Below are positions 19,296-27,931 of a stretch of 64,000 nt of DNA, in pieces. Source of the DNA: Candidatus Undinarchaeota archaeon. GTDB taxonomy: Archaea; Undinarchaeota; CAZWFW01. The notes under the pieces are model-generated. The model did no database searches and was not told the origin of the DNA. It saw only the letters and a program-made list of their open reading frames with translations. Location of the stretch: the NCBI GenBank assembly GCA_964633445.1, contig CAZWFW010000001.1:6339-70338 (forward strand), read 5' to 3'. How positions within the stretch are numbered: the stretch's first letter is position 1; each line of letters begins with the position of its first letter. The position numbers and the translations under genes are program-made.

Positions 19296-20252
19296 TCAAC
19301 CAAGACTTGCTAGAAACTTTATTCTCTTAAGAGTATTCGGATGTGTGCTAAGCAACTCCATAATTCTTTCGGCAAATCCTACTCTTATTTTCTTACTCCT
19401 TAAAGCTGCAAGCTCGTCTTCTTCAATTTTTCCACTCATATCCATATCGATTTGCTTTAATTCAGTAATTTCGTTGTAAGCCCTTGAAACATCATTTAAA
19501 AAGAATGCCTTTAATCCCTCAACTCTCCTCAATTCGCTTTCATCACTTCTTGCGGAACCATAAACTATCTTGTAAAGCGCTGAAGCTAGAGCGCTTGGCT
19601 TATTACCAAGCTTAACACTCCCTAAATCAGCATAGTACTCTCTTATTCTTGAAGCATATAGAACGACAAGATTTGTTATTAGGTAAAATATAAATGCTGC
19701 TAACCCAATTATTATTGCTTGCGCTGGTCTTTCCTCAAATGCTGCAACATAAATACTGTTTCTTGCGATCATCCAGCAAATTAGTGGTATTGCGCTTAAC
19801 ATCGTAATTATTATGACATCCCTATTTTTCAAGTGCGAAATTTCGTGCCCTAAAACAGCTTTTAATTCCTCTCTATCAAGCAACTCTACTATTCCTCTTG
19901 TTACACAAACTCTACCATCTCCAACTCCTCTGCCAAATGCAAATGCGTTTGGTATGCTTAAGTTGCATATACCAACTTTAGGTTTTCTAATTTTTGCTTT
20001 TCTCGCGAGCTCTTCAACAATTTCATGCAACTCTGGGTATTCCTCTTTGCTAATATATCTTACACCCATGCTAAGCTCCACAATCTTAGGACCGATAAGA
20101 TATTGGATAAAGAGAAGAAAACATGCGAAAGATACTGCAAACGCAATGCTATAAAATCCAAAAATAACACTTACTATAGATGCTATAGCATAGAATAAAG
20201 CAAATGCTAGCATCAAAACAAAAAACATCTTTATTCTTAGGATAAATGTCAT
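19296..20252 (-). CDS. htpX: HtpX-like M48 zinc metalloprotease
   Basis: HEISHLKNRD (HExxH) sits between TM helices. N-terminal 2 TM plus a further TM pair, and C-terminal STHPNTLKRI, as in HtpX homologues. Confidence 0.9.
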   Translation of the reverse strand: MTFILRIKMFFVLMLAFALFYAIASIVSVIFGFYSIAFAVSFACFLLFIQYLIGPKIVELSMGVRYISKEEYPELHEIVEELARKAKIRKPKVGICNLSIPNAFAFGRGVGDGRVCVTRGIVELLDREELKAVLGHEISHLKNRDVIIITMLSAIPLICWMIARNSIYVAAFEERPAQAIIIGLAAFIFYLITNLVVLYASRIREYYADLGSVKLGNKPSALASALYKIVYGSARSDESELRRVEGLKAFFLNDVSRAYNEITELKQIDMDMSGKIEEDELAALRSKKIRVGFAERIMELLSTHPNTLKRIKFLASLG

Positions 20253-20490
20253 AATTTTTTAACTTAAAGTGAACTATTTAAAAATTTTTATCAATGTATG
20301 GCTGAAAGAGTTTAGCCTGCCAGATTTCTGAAAAAGTTAAAGAAAATTTGAGAAAAAGTATTTAGAAGATTGGATGATTGATGGTTTGTTGACCATGGAG
20401 TATGTAGAATACCTATGGCCCTTTAACAAGGAAAAATAACTATTTTAAAAACTTATTGCGAGTATCAGGTGTTAGTTTTTCAAACATAAT

Positions 20491-20506
20491 AAAGTTTAAA
20501 TATTTT
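20491..20506 (+). promoter_or_regulatory. Putative TATA/BRE promoter of rgy
   Basis: aaagTTTAAATAtttt lies about 25-33 nt upstream of ATG 20529, implying a very short or absent leader. Confidence 0.4.
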
Positions 20507-20528
20507 GAGGGGATTCCAACATACAGGT

Positions 20529-23500
20529 ATGAAAGCCATTTTCAAAGACTTTTGCCCAAACTGTAATGGGGAAATAGATGATGAGAGACTTTGGCATAAA
20601 GTTCCTTGCGAAAAGTGTTTACCCTTATCTTTGGACAAAGTTAAAAAACTAAGCGAAAATCTCAGCAATTTAGAATTTAAAGAGCTAATTTACGAGTTAC
20701 TAAATGAAAGAGGAACTCTAAAGAATTATTCAAAAATATATGAGCTGGAGAGAAGGGTTGAGGAAGTTAACAAGATTTTTGAGGCATGTATAGGCAGCGG
20801 TCTTTGGTCTGCCCAGAAAGTTTGGGTAAAGAGAATTTTAAACAAAGTAAGTTTTGCTTTGATAAGTCCTACAGGAATGGGAAAAACAACGTTTGGTATG
20901 GTAATGTCCCTTTATTTGGCAAAGCATGGTAAGAAATGTTACATAATTTTGCCAACGACGATCCTTGTTAAACAAATAAACGATAGACTTGAAGAGTTTA
21001 TGGAAAAAAGCGGGGTTAGAGTTAGAGTTTTAGCATATCATACCGAATTAAAAAAAGGCGAGAAAGAGGAGGTAAAGGAGAAGATAACTAAAGGAGAATT
21101 CGATATATTAGTAACATCAAGTCAATTCCTAGCAAGAAACTTTGAGATAATAAAAAAGCAGAGATTCTATTTCATATTTGTGGATGATGTTGACGCTTTT
21201 CTTAAAGCATCCAAAAACATTGACAGGGTTTTGTTTCTCATGGGATTTTCTGAAGATGCCATCAAAGCCGCTATGGAGATTATTAAAATTAAAAAACAGT
21301 TAGTTGTCAGGAGGGATAAAAATCTCGAAGATAAGCTAAAAACTCTTGAAAGAAGTTTGGAGGAGTTTAAGGATGTCGAAAGCATTCTTGTGGTTTCCTC
21401 AGCAACTGGTAAGGTTAAGGGCGATAAGGTAAAAGTTTTTAGAGAATTACTCAACTTTGAAGTTGGCACTGCAAGGGAAGGGGCTAGAAATATAGAGCAT
21501 ATTTGGCTTGAAGGCAAGCTAGAGGATATCTGTGAAATAATTAGGAAAATGGGTGGTGGTTGCTTAATATTTGTTCCTATAGATGCTGGTACAGAGCTTG
21601 CCAAGGAAATTGAGCAGTTTTTAATTTCGAAAGGAATTAACGCTAAAGCTGTTCATGCAAAAACTAAAAAGAGTGTTATTGATCGCTTTGCTAAAGGGGA
21701 AATTGATGCGTTGATAGGAGTAGCGAGTTATTATGGTGTTATTGTGAGAGGATTGGATATTCCCGAGAGGGTTAGGTATGCAATATTTTATGGAATTCCG
21801 AAATTCAAATTCTCCTTAGAGATAAAGGAGAGGAATCCGATTAGGGTTCTGTCCCTGCTATCTACCTTAAGGGAATTTTCAAGTAACAAAGAAAGAGTTG
21901 ATAGAATGATTATAAAATTAAGAAGGATACTGTCAAAGCTGTCACCAGAGGATTTGAGGAAAGTTGAGGAAAGCCAACAGTTAAATGATTTTTTGGTGTA
22001 TGTTAAGCAAGAATTTGAAAAAGCTGCTGAATTTTTGCAGAATATGCTCAAAAATAAGGAGGTTCTAGATAAAATAGGAAAAAGCCCGTATATTTCTCTA
22101 GTTAAAGAAAGTGAAGGATTATTCATAAAAATACCTGATGTAAGAACATACATACAGGCTACAGGTAGAACTTCAAGAATGTATGCTGGTGGTATTACCA
22201 AAGGAGCTTCCTTTGTCTTTATAGATGATGAAAAGGTGTTTAATGGTTTGAAAAGGCAGCTGATATTACTTGATGAGGAGTTCAAAAGTATTGGTGAAGT
22301 TGATCTTAAGAAGATTAAGGAGGAGATAGAAAGGGATAGGAAATTGCTTACTGAAATCAGGGAGGGTAAAGTTAAAGTTGAGGCAAAAGAACCCGTTAAA
22401 TCTTGTTTGTTTATTGTTGAATCCCCAAACAAAGCAAAAACAATTGCAAATTTCTTTGGTAGACCATCTAAGCGTAGAATTGGTGAATTGGTTGCTTATG
22501 AAACACATACTGGAGATTTCGCTTTAACAATAATTGCAACTGGTGGACATATTTTAGATTTAGCTCATGATGGTATATATGGGGTTAAGAGGGTTAATGG
22601 TAAATTTATTCCGATCTACACGACAATTAAAAAATGTAGGAAATGTAATGAGCAATTTGTTGAGGGTGATGTATGCCCGAATAAGAAATGCAATTCAAAG
22701 GACATATTTGATAGCAGGTATACAATTGAAGCATTAAGGCATCTTGCAGATGAAATAGGATATGTTATAGTCGGTACAGATGCTGATTCGGAAGGTGAGA
22801 AAATTGCTTGGGATGTAGCAACATTAATCGCACCTTTTGCAAAAGAAATAAAGAGAGCTGAGTTTCACGAGGTTACTAGGAGAGCTATTTTGAACGCTTT
22901 GGAAAATCCAAGAGAAATTGACGAATTTAGGGTTAACGCTCAAATTGTAAGGCGTATTGAGGATAGGTGGATTGGCTTCTACTTAAGCCAAGATTTATGG
23001 AGAATATTTGAAAAGGGTTGGCTTTCGGCTGGTAGGGTGCAAACGCCAGTACTTGGCTGGGTAATTGAGTTTGAGAAGCTTGCAAGAAAGAAGAAGTCAG
23101 TAGTTAGGATAGTACTTGAGAATGATGCTGTTGTGGATTTTGAGTTTAAAAACATTAGACAGGCTAAGAAATTTGCTGAAGATGTTGAGGAAGCGTATGT
23201 GGAAATACTTGAGGAGAAAGAGGAGAAAATAAAGCCGAATCCCCCATATACAACTGATACTTTACTAAGGGACGCTTCTCGCTTCTTCAGACTTGATGCT
23301 CCAAAGGTTATGCAAATTGCGCAGGATCTTTTCGAGGCTGGGTTATGCTTGACACCAGACACCTACGTAATTATGCATGATGGAAGTATTAAGAAGATAG
23401 GCGATATCTCCGAAAATGAAAATGTTTTGGGCTTGAACAATCTACATGAGATGCCTGCAAAGGTACTAAGGTTTTGGAAGATACCGTATAAAGGTGTGAT

Positions 23501-25598
23501 CAAAGAAATAGTGCTTGAGAATAATTATAGCATAAAGGCTACTCCAGATCACGGAATTTTTGTTTACAGAGATGGTAAATTTGGTTGGGTTTCAGCTAAG
23601 AATGTAAGGGTTGGAGATTATGTGGCAGTAGCTTTCAATGTCAACATTAAAAGAGAAAGCTTAGGTTTACTCGAATTATTGGCGAAGCTTGGAATATTGG
23701 ATATATGCGTCGAATTCAAGAAAGATTCAAAACTATTTGAAAAGCTTAAAAAGAGAGTTGATGGAAGTAAGGCAAGTGCAAAATATAAGTATATGGGAAG
23801 CAGGGCAATTCCTTTAAAGTATTTAGATAAATGGGGCATTGATCTAAAAGCCGTTGAAAGGGAAGCAACCACCATTTCCAAGCAGAGATCCTCAGCTGAA
23901 AAAATTCCAATTTTTAAATTAAATAGCGATTTTTGGTACTTCGTTGGACTGGTTATGGGTGGTGGAACAATCGAAGAAGAGAAAATTGTAATATCTCAAA
24001 AAGATGCTAAGGAAATCAAAAGGATACTTGAAAATGTGTTTCCATTTGCCAATGTGAGGATTGCTGGCACGCAAGTTTACCTTGCTAATTCGATTATAGC
24101 AGAGATTTTAAGAAAACTGGATGTAAGGGGCAAGTTAAATGGTTTAGTGTTTTCACTGCCAGAGGATTGCATAAATGCTATGATAGCTGGATATATTGAT
24201 GCTGATGATAGCATTTCGTTGAAGTTTGACAAGAAATGTTGTAAAAACAATCTTAGAATTGTTATAAGTAATAAAGAAAGGGAAAAAATTGAGAAAATTG
24301 GATATTACCTATGCTTGATTGGTATTTTGAACACATTGCATAAGGATGAAAAAACAGGTATTTGGAAACTAATTTTAGGCAATAAATCGCTTAAGACGTT
24401 TAAAAAGAAGATTGGTAAACATCTTAGAACTAGGAGAAAGATTTTTGAGAAAGCATACAAAGCATGCGCAAGTGAGCATCTAGAGTCAGATTTTGTTCCG
24501 TTTAGTAAATTTTTCAAGTTACTTAAATTTGGGAAAGGTGTTGAGGGTAGAATTCTCAAAGAACTTTGCACTGATGCTCGAAATTTGGATGACTGTGCAT
24601 GTATACAAAGAGAAAAGCTTAAGAAGGTAGTTAAATTGGCTGAAGACACTGATGTTAAGACATTTTTGCTTGAACTGTTAAATGCCAATGTTTCATGGGT
24701 TAGAGTGAAGGAGGTTAGGAATAGGCAATATAACGGATATGTTTACGATATAACAACTGCAACATCAAACTTCTTTGCTAATGCGATACTTAACCACAAC
24801 TGCACCTATCACCGTACAGATTCAACAAGAGTATCAAAGGAAGGTTTGAACGTTGCTAGGGAATTGGTTGAGGAAAGTTTTGGCAAGGAATATTTCAAAG
24901 CAAGAATTTGGTATATGGAAGGTGCCCATGAGTGCATAAGGCCCACAAAACCACTTACGAGAGAGTATCTCGAGGAGTTGATTAATACTGGCGCGCTAAC
25001 ATTGCCTAGACAATTAACCTTTTGGCATCTTGTAGTTTATGAGCTCATTGTGAATAGATTTATGGCAAGTCAGATGAGAGAGGCTAGAGTTGTTAAACAG
25101 AAAGTAAAAGTAAGTGTTAAAGATGTTGAAAAAGAAGTTGAAGGATACGCTAAGGTAGCTGATGAAAGTTTCCTAAAGATAACTAAGGTACCAATGATAC
25201 CCGAGTTTAGGAATGGTAGGGTAAAAGTTAAAGATGTAAAGGTAATGAGGGTACCATCATCCAAGTTGCTTACGCAAGCGGATCTCGTTGCTTTAATGAA
25301 GGAGAGGGGTATAGGTAGGCCATCAACCTATGCTACAATAATTGCTAAATTGTTCAAAAGGGGTTACCTTTACGAGCTTGGTAAGGAGAAGAGGATTAAT
25401 AAAATTGTGGCAAGGAAAATTGGCAAGGAAGTTTTTCAGTATTTGATTAGCAATTATCCTCATTTAATTAGCGAGGAGCGTACAAGGAAACTTGAGGAGG
25501 ATATGGATATGATAGAGGAGGGTAAGAAAGATTATCAGGAAGTTCTAAATGAAATTTACAAGGAAATCTTTGAGCCAGAAATACTCAAGCAATATTAA
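20529..25598 (+). CDS. rgy: Reverse gyrase (helicase-topoisomerase IA fusion), interrupted by an intein
   Basis: N-terminal Zn finger CPNCNG...CEKC, helicase Walker A SPTGMGKTT and FVDDVDA. Toprim/topo IA region with active-site CTYHRTDS restored after intein removal. The track start 20505 is TTG and the first ATG is 20529. The extein is 1204 aa from ATG 20529 (1212 from the track TTG start). Confidence 0.97.
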   Translation: MKAIFKDFCPNCNGEIDDERLWHKVPCEKCLPLSLDKVKKLSENLSNLEFKELIYELLNERGTLKNYSKIYELERRVEEVNKIFEACIGSGLWSAQKVWVKRILNKVSFALISPTGMGKTTFGMVMSLYLAKHGKKCYIILPTTILVKQINDRLEEFMEKSGVRVRVLAYHTELKKGEKEEVKEKITKGEFDILVTSSQFLARNFEIIKKQRFYFIFVDDVDAFLKASKNIDRVLFLMGFSEDAIKAAMEIIKIKKQLVVRRDKNLEDKLKTLERSLEEFKDVESILVVSSATGKVKGDKVKVFRELLNFEVGTAREGARNIEHIWLEGKLEDICEIIRKMGGGCLIFVPIDAGTELAKEIEQFLISKGINAKAVHAKTKKSVIDRFAKGEIDALIGVASYYGVIVRGLDIPERVRYAIFYGIPKFKFSLEIKERNPIRVLSLLSTLREFSSNKERVDRMIIKLRRILSKLSPEDLRKVEESQQLNDFLVYVKQEFEKAAEFLQNMLKNKEVLDKIGKSPYISLVKESEGLFIKIPDVRTYIQATGRTSRMYAGGITKGASFVFIDDEKVFNGLKRQLILLDEEFKSIGEVDLKKIKEEIERDRKLLTEIREGKVKVEAKEPVKSCLFIVESPNKAKTIANFFGRPSKRRIGELVAYETHTGDFALTIIATGGHILDLAHDGIYGVKRVNGKFIPIYTTIKKCRKCNEQFVEGDVCPNKKCNSKDIFDSRYTIEALRHLADEIGYVIVGTDADSEGEKIAWDVATLIAPFAKEIKRAEFHEVTRRAILNALENPREIDEFRVNAQIVRRIEDRWIGFYLSQDLWRIFEKGWLSAGRVQTPVLGWVIEFEKLARKKKSVVRIVLENDAVVDFEFKNIRQAKKFAEDVEEAYVEILEEKEEKIKPNPPYTTDTLLRDASRFFRLDAPKVMQIAQDLFEAGLCLTPDTYVIMHDGSIKKIGDISENENVLGLNNLHEMPAKVLRFWKIPYKGVIKEIVLENNYSIKATPDHGIFVYRDGKFGWVSAKNVRVGDYVAVAFNVNIKRESLGLLELLAKLGILDICVEFKKDSKLFEKLKKRVDGSKASAKYKYMGSRAIPLKYLDKWGIDLKAVEREATTISKQRSSAEKIPIFKLNSDFWYFVGLVMGGGTIEEEKIVISQKDAKEIKRILENVFPFANVRIAGTQVYLANSIIAEILRKLDVRGKLNGLVFSLPEDCINAMIAGYIDADDSISLKFDKKCCKNNLRIVISNKEREKIEKIGYYLCLIGILNTLHKDEKTGIWKLILGNKSLKTFKKKIGKHLRTRRKIFEKAYKACASEHLESDFVPFSKFFKLLKFGKGVEGRILKELCTDARNLDDCACIQREKLKKVVKLAEDTDVKTFLLELLNANVSWVRVKEVRNRQYNGYVYDITTATSNFFANAILNHNCTYHRTDSTRVSKEGLNVARELVEESFGKEYFKARIWYMEGAHECIRPTKPLTREYLEELINTGALTLPRQLTFWHLVVYELIVNRFMASQMREARVVKQKVKVSVKDVEKEVEGYAKVADESFLKITKVPMIPEFRNGRVKVKDVKVMRVPSSKLLTQADLVALMKERGIGRPSTYATIIAKLFKRGYLYELGKEKRINKIVARKIGKEVFQYLISNYPHLISEERTRKLEEDMDMIEEGKKDYQEVLNEIYKEIFEPEILKQY
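23346..24800 (+). mobile_element. Intein (485 aa) with LAGLIDADG homing-endonuclease domain in the rgy topoisomerase active site
   Basis: Starts ...EAGL|CLTPDTYV and ends ...AILNHN|CTYHRTDS. Block B TPDH is present. LAGLIDADG-like motifs are FVGLVMGGGT and MIAGYIDADD. Boundaries were placed by codon counting from 20505. Confidence 0.9.
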
Positions 25599-25636
25599 GT
25601 TTATGACATAATCACTAGAACGGATTTGAAGCTTAT

Positions 25637-25696
25637 CGTTAACATCGTTAAGAATGTTAAGTTTATTATCGTTAAGTAAAATTTAAGTAGTGTTAA
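25637..25696 (+). repeat. Left copy of 60-bp direct repeat (GTTAA pentamer array)
   Basis: cgttaacatcgttaagaatgttaagtttattatcgttaagtaaaatttaagtagtgttaa. 54/60 identical to 27003-27062. Five GTTAA units. It ends 16 nt before ATG 25713 and contains a TATA-like taaaatttaag. Confidence 0.85.
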
Positions 25697-25712
25697 GTTA
25701 ATTTGATTTTTT

Positions 25713-27002
25713 ATGAGGCTAGAGGAATTCTTTAAATTGATTGAAAATGGAGAAAGTGAGAGAATAGAGTTTAAGGAGAAAGTAACGAAAAATATTGCTG
25801 AGGAGATAGTTGCATTTGCAAACTCTTTGGGAGGTTACTTGTTAATAGGAGTGAAAGACGATAAAACACTTGTAGGTCTTAATACTAAAGAATTGCAAGA
25901 GGCCAAAAGATTCATATCTAATTGCCTAGCGAATATTGCTCCACCCATAACAGTAAAATTTCATGAAGTGAGAATAAATAGAAAGAGTTTTCTAATAGTG
26001 GAAGTTCCAAAATCAAAATATATTTGTTCCATTGGTGGTATAGCCTACATTAGAGTTGGCACATCCAAAAGACCTTTATCAATTCAAGAAACACTAACTT
26101 TAGGCGCAGAAATTCTACTTTTTCCCTTCGATAAAACACCAACAAAAATTCCTGCAAAATTAATCTGGGAAGATGCCTTGAAGAGGTACGAAAGAGGTTT
26201 GAAGGAGAGAAATATTAAGGTAAGCGATATCTACTATCATTTAAAAAAATTGGATGTAATTATATCAAAGAAAGGTAGAGATTTCTTGACATTTGGAGGT
26301 GCCTTAATTTTCCTTGAAAACCCCCAAGAATATTTTCCACAGAGTTACTTAAGGGTTTGCTTTGAAGAAGGTTACACAAGAATCTCAGGCCCTCTATGGA
26401 AAATTATTGACAAGTTTGTGGAAGCTTTCTTTAAGCAAGAGATCCTTAGATATGTGCTAAAAGGATTTAGGAGAATAGATTATGAAATGTTGCCAGCAAG
26501 GATTTTAAGAGAAGGTGTAACTAACGCTTTGATTCATAGAAATTATACAATATCCTCTGAAACTTTTGTTTCCTTAGAAAGCAACGCTATCAAAATAAAG
26601 AATCCTGGAGCCTTTCCTCCTGGAGTTACCCCTGAGGATCCTCATCCTGTGGCGAGAAATCCACTAATATATGAATTGATGTTTAATATGGGTTACATAG
26701 AGAAGCAAGGTGCTGGGGTAAAAATGATATTTGAAGAAGCGAGAAAAAATCCTTATTTGGATGTTGAATATAAGATTTCGCCAAACTTCACAACATTGCT
26801 ATTAAAATTTAAGGTTGAGCTAGATGAAGTCGATAAGAAAATACTAGACGCCTTAATTGGTCCAAAATCTTCAAGTGAGATTGCTAGAATTGTAGGATTA
26901 AGCAAACCAGCTGTAATTAATAGGCTAAACAGACTAATTGATGCCAAACTTGTTAAAAGGATTGGAAGTGGGGCAAAAACCAAATATAGGTTAACAAGTT
27001 AA
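25713..27002 (+). CDS. Schlafen/AlbA_2-type DNA-binding protein with HATPase_c_4-like and C-terminal wHTH domains (COG2865-type putative regulator)
   Basis: ESERIEFKEKV...IVAFANSLGGYLLIGVKDD (AlbA_2 signature), REGVTNALIHRNY (ATPase-like region), and a C-terminal wHTH (SSSEIARIVGLSKPAVINRLNRLIDAKLVKR). Confidence 0.8.
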   Translation: MRLEEFFKLIENGESERIEFKEKVTKNIAEEIVAFANSLGGYLLIGVKDDKTLVGLNTKELQEAKRFISNCLANIAPPITVKFHEVRINRKSFLIVEVPKSKYICSIGGIAYIRVGTSKRPLSIQETLTLGAEILLFPFDKTPTKIPAKLIWEDALKRYERGLKERNIKVSDIYYHLKKLDVIISKKGRDFLTFGGALIFLENPQEYFPQSYLRVCFEEGYTRISGPLWKIIDKFVEAFFKQEILRYVLKGFRRIDYEMLPARILREGVTNALIHRNYTISSETFVSLESNAIKIKNPGAFPPGVTPEDPHPVARNPLIYELMFNMGYIEKQGAGVKMIFEEARKNPYLDVEYKISPNFTTLLLKFKVELDEVDKKILDALIGPKSSSEIARIVGLSKPAVINRLNRLIDAKLVKRIGSGAKTKYRLTS

Positions 27003-27062
27003 CGTTAACATCGTTAAGAGTGTTAAATTTTCTAGCGTTAAGTAAAATTTGAGTAGTGTTAA
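27003..27062 (+). repeat. Right copy of 60-bp direct repeat (GTTAA pentamer array)
   Basis: cgttaacatcgttaagagtgttaaattttctagcgttaagtaaaatttgagtagtgttaa. It starts on the nucleotide after the stop codon of the 25713-27002 gene. Confidence 0.85.
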
Positions 27063-27090
27063 AAATAGTAAGCTTAAATGGAAGAATAGT

Positions 27091-27105
27091 TTTTATTTAA
27101 ATATT
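27091..27105 (+). promoter_or_regulatory. Putative TATA promoter of thiM (leaderless-type spacing)
   Basis: ttttaTTTAAATAtt. The octamer starts 23 nt upstream of ATG 27119. Confidence 0.4.
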
Positions 27106-27118
27106 GTTTTTTAAGTTA

Positions 27119-27931
27119 ATGAATGTAGAAATTTCGCTAGAAAAAGATTTAAGCCTAATAAGAAAAAATAAGCCGCTAATCCTCCACTTAGTTAATTATG
27201 TTGCTATGAACGATTGCGCAAATGTTACGCTTGCTTTGCATGCTTCTCCAATAATGACAAGCTATGAGGACGAAATTAAGGAAATTGTTAGCAAATCTGA
27301 TTCTCTTTATATAAACATTGGCACACCAACAAGAAGAATAATTGATGTTATTAAACAAGCATGCAAAGTCGCAAATGAAAATAAAAAGCCAATAATTCTT
27401 GACCCTGTTGGAGTTGGGGCTACTAAGGCAAGAACTAGTTTTGTTCATTATTTACTCAAGAATTATGAAATAGATGTTTTGAAAGGCAACTATGGCGAAA
27501 TTTGCTCAGTTGCTGGCTTAAATAATGCTATGAAGGGTGTCGACTCCTTAGAAATTAATGAAAAAATTGTTTTAAGAAGTTGCAAAGAAATTGCTAGGGA
27601 ATATAGTATTTGTGTTGTAGCTACTGGTGAAAAGGATTTTGTTGTTGATAAAAATGAAAATGCTTATGTAGTGTTAAATGGTCATGAGATGCTTAGCATG
27701 CTCACAGGTAGCGGATGCATGCTTGGTAGCGTAATTGCCTGCTTTTTAACAACACAAAAGCCATTAAATGCTTGCTTAGAGGGATTAGTAGTTTTTAATG
27801 TCAGCGCTGAAATTGCTGCGAAGCATGCTAATGGTTTGGGTAGTTTTAAAGTAAGATTGCTCGATGAAATATCAAATGTTGATACTGAGCAAATTAAGAA
27901 ACTTGCAAGGATTAAAGTTTGCCAGTTTTAA
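27119..27931 (+). CDS. thiM: Hydroxyethylthiazole kinase ThiM
   Basis: PLILHLVNYVAMNDCANVTLALHASPIM, DPVGVGAT and GSGCMLGSVIA match ThiM motifs. The track start 27104 is TTG and the first ATG is 27119. Confidence 0.9.
   Translation: MNVEISLEKDLSLIRKNKPLILHLVNYVAMNDCANVTLALHASPIMTSYEDEIKEIVSKSDSLYINIGTPTRRIIDVIKQACKVANENKKPIILDPVGVGATKARTSFVHYLLKNYEIDVLKGNYGEICSVAGLNNAMKGVDSLEINEKIVLRSCKEIAREYSICVVATGEKDFVVDKNENAYVVLNGHEMLSMLTGSGCMLGSVIACFLTTQKPLNACLEGLVVFNVSAEIAAKHANGLGSFKVRLLDEISNVDTEQIKKLARIKVCQF

Noticed and set aside
20505-20528. N-terminal extensions in the ORF track that begin at TTG or GTG. These are rgy 20505, thiM 27104, DUF333 gene 10419, membrane gene 9246, get3-like 62774 and DUF655 42359.
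   Set aside because: In each case an ATG a few codons downstream gives the family-typical N-terminus and better spacing to a TATA-like box or GGTG-type ribosome-binding sequence.
21167-22508. Many track ORFs lie antisense to, or out of frame within, strong genes. Examples are 221-478, 2194-2436, 14156-14725, 21167-21604, 21788-22432, 44120-45268, 49079-49513 and 54051-56408.
   Set aside because: They sit inside long ORFs with clear family motifs. They have low-complexity Ser/Leu/Phe-rich translations typical of the reverse strand of AT-rich, Lys/Glu-rich genes. None shows a recognisable motif.
25637-27062. GTTAA-rich 60-bp repeats considered as a CRISPR array.
   Set aside because: There are only two copies, 1366 bp apart, with a complete protein-coding gene between them. 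The repeats are 60 bp and internally iterative, unlike CRISPR repeats, and no cas genes are present.
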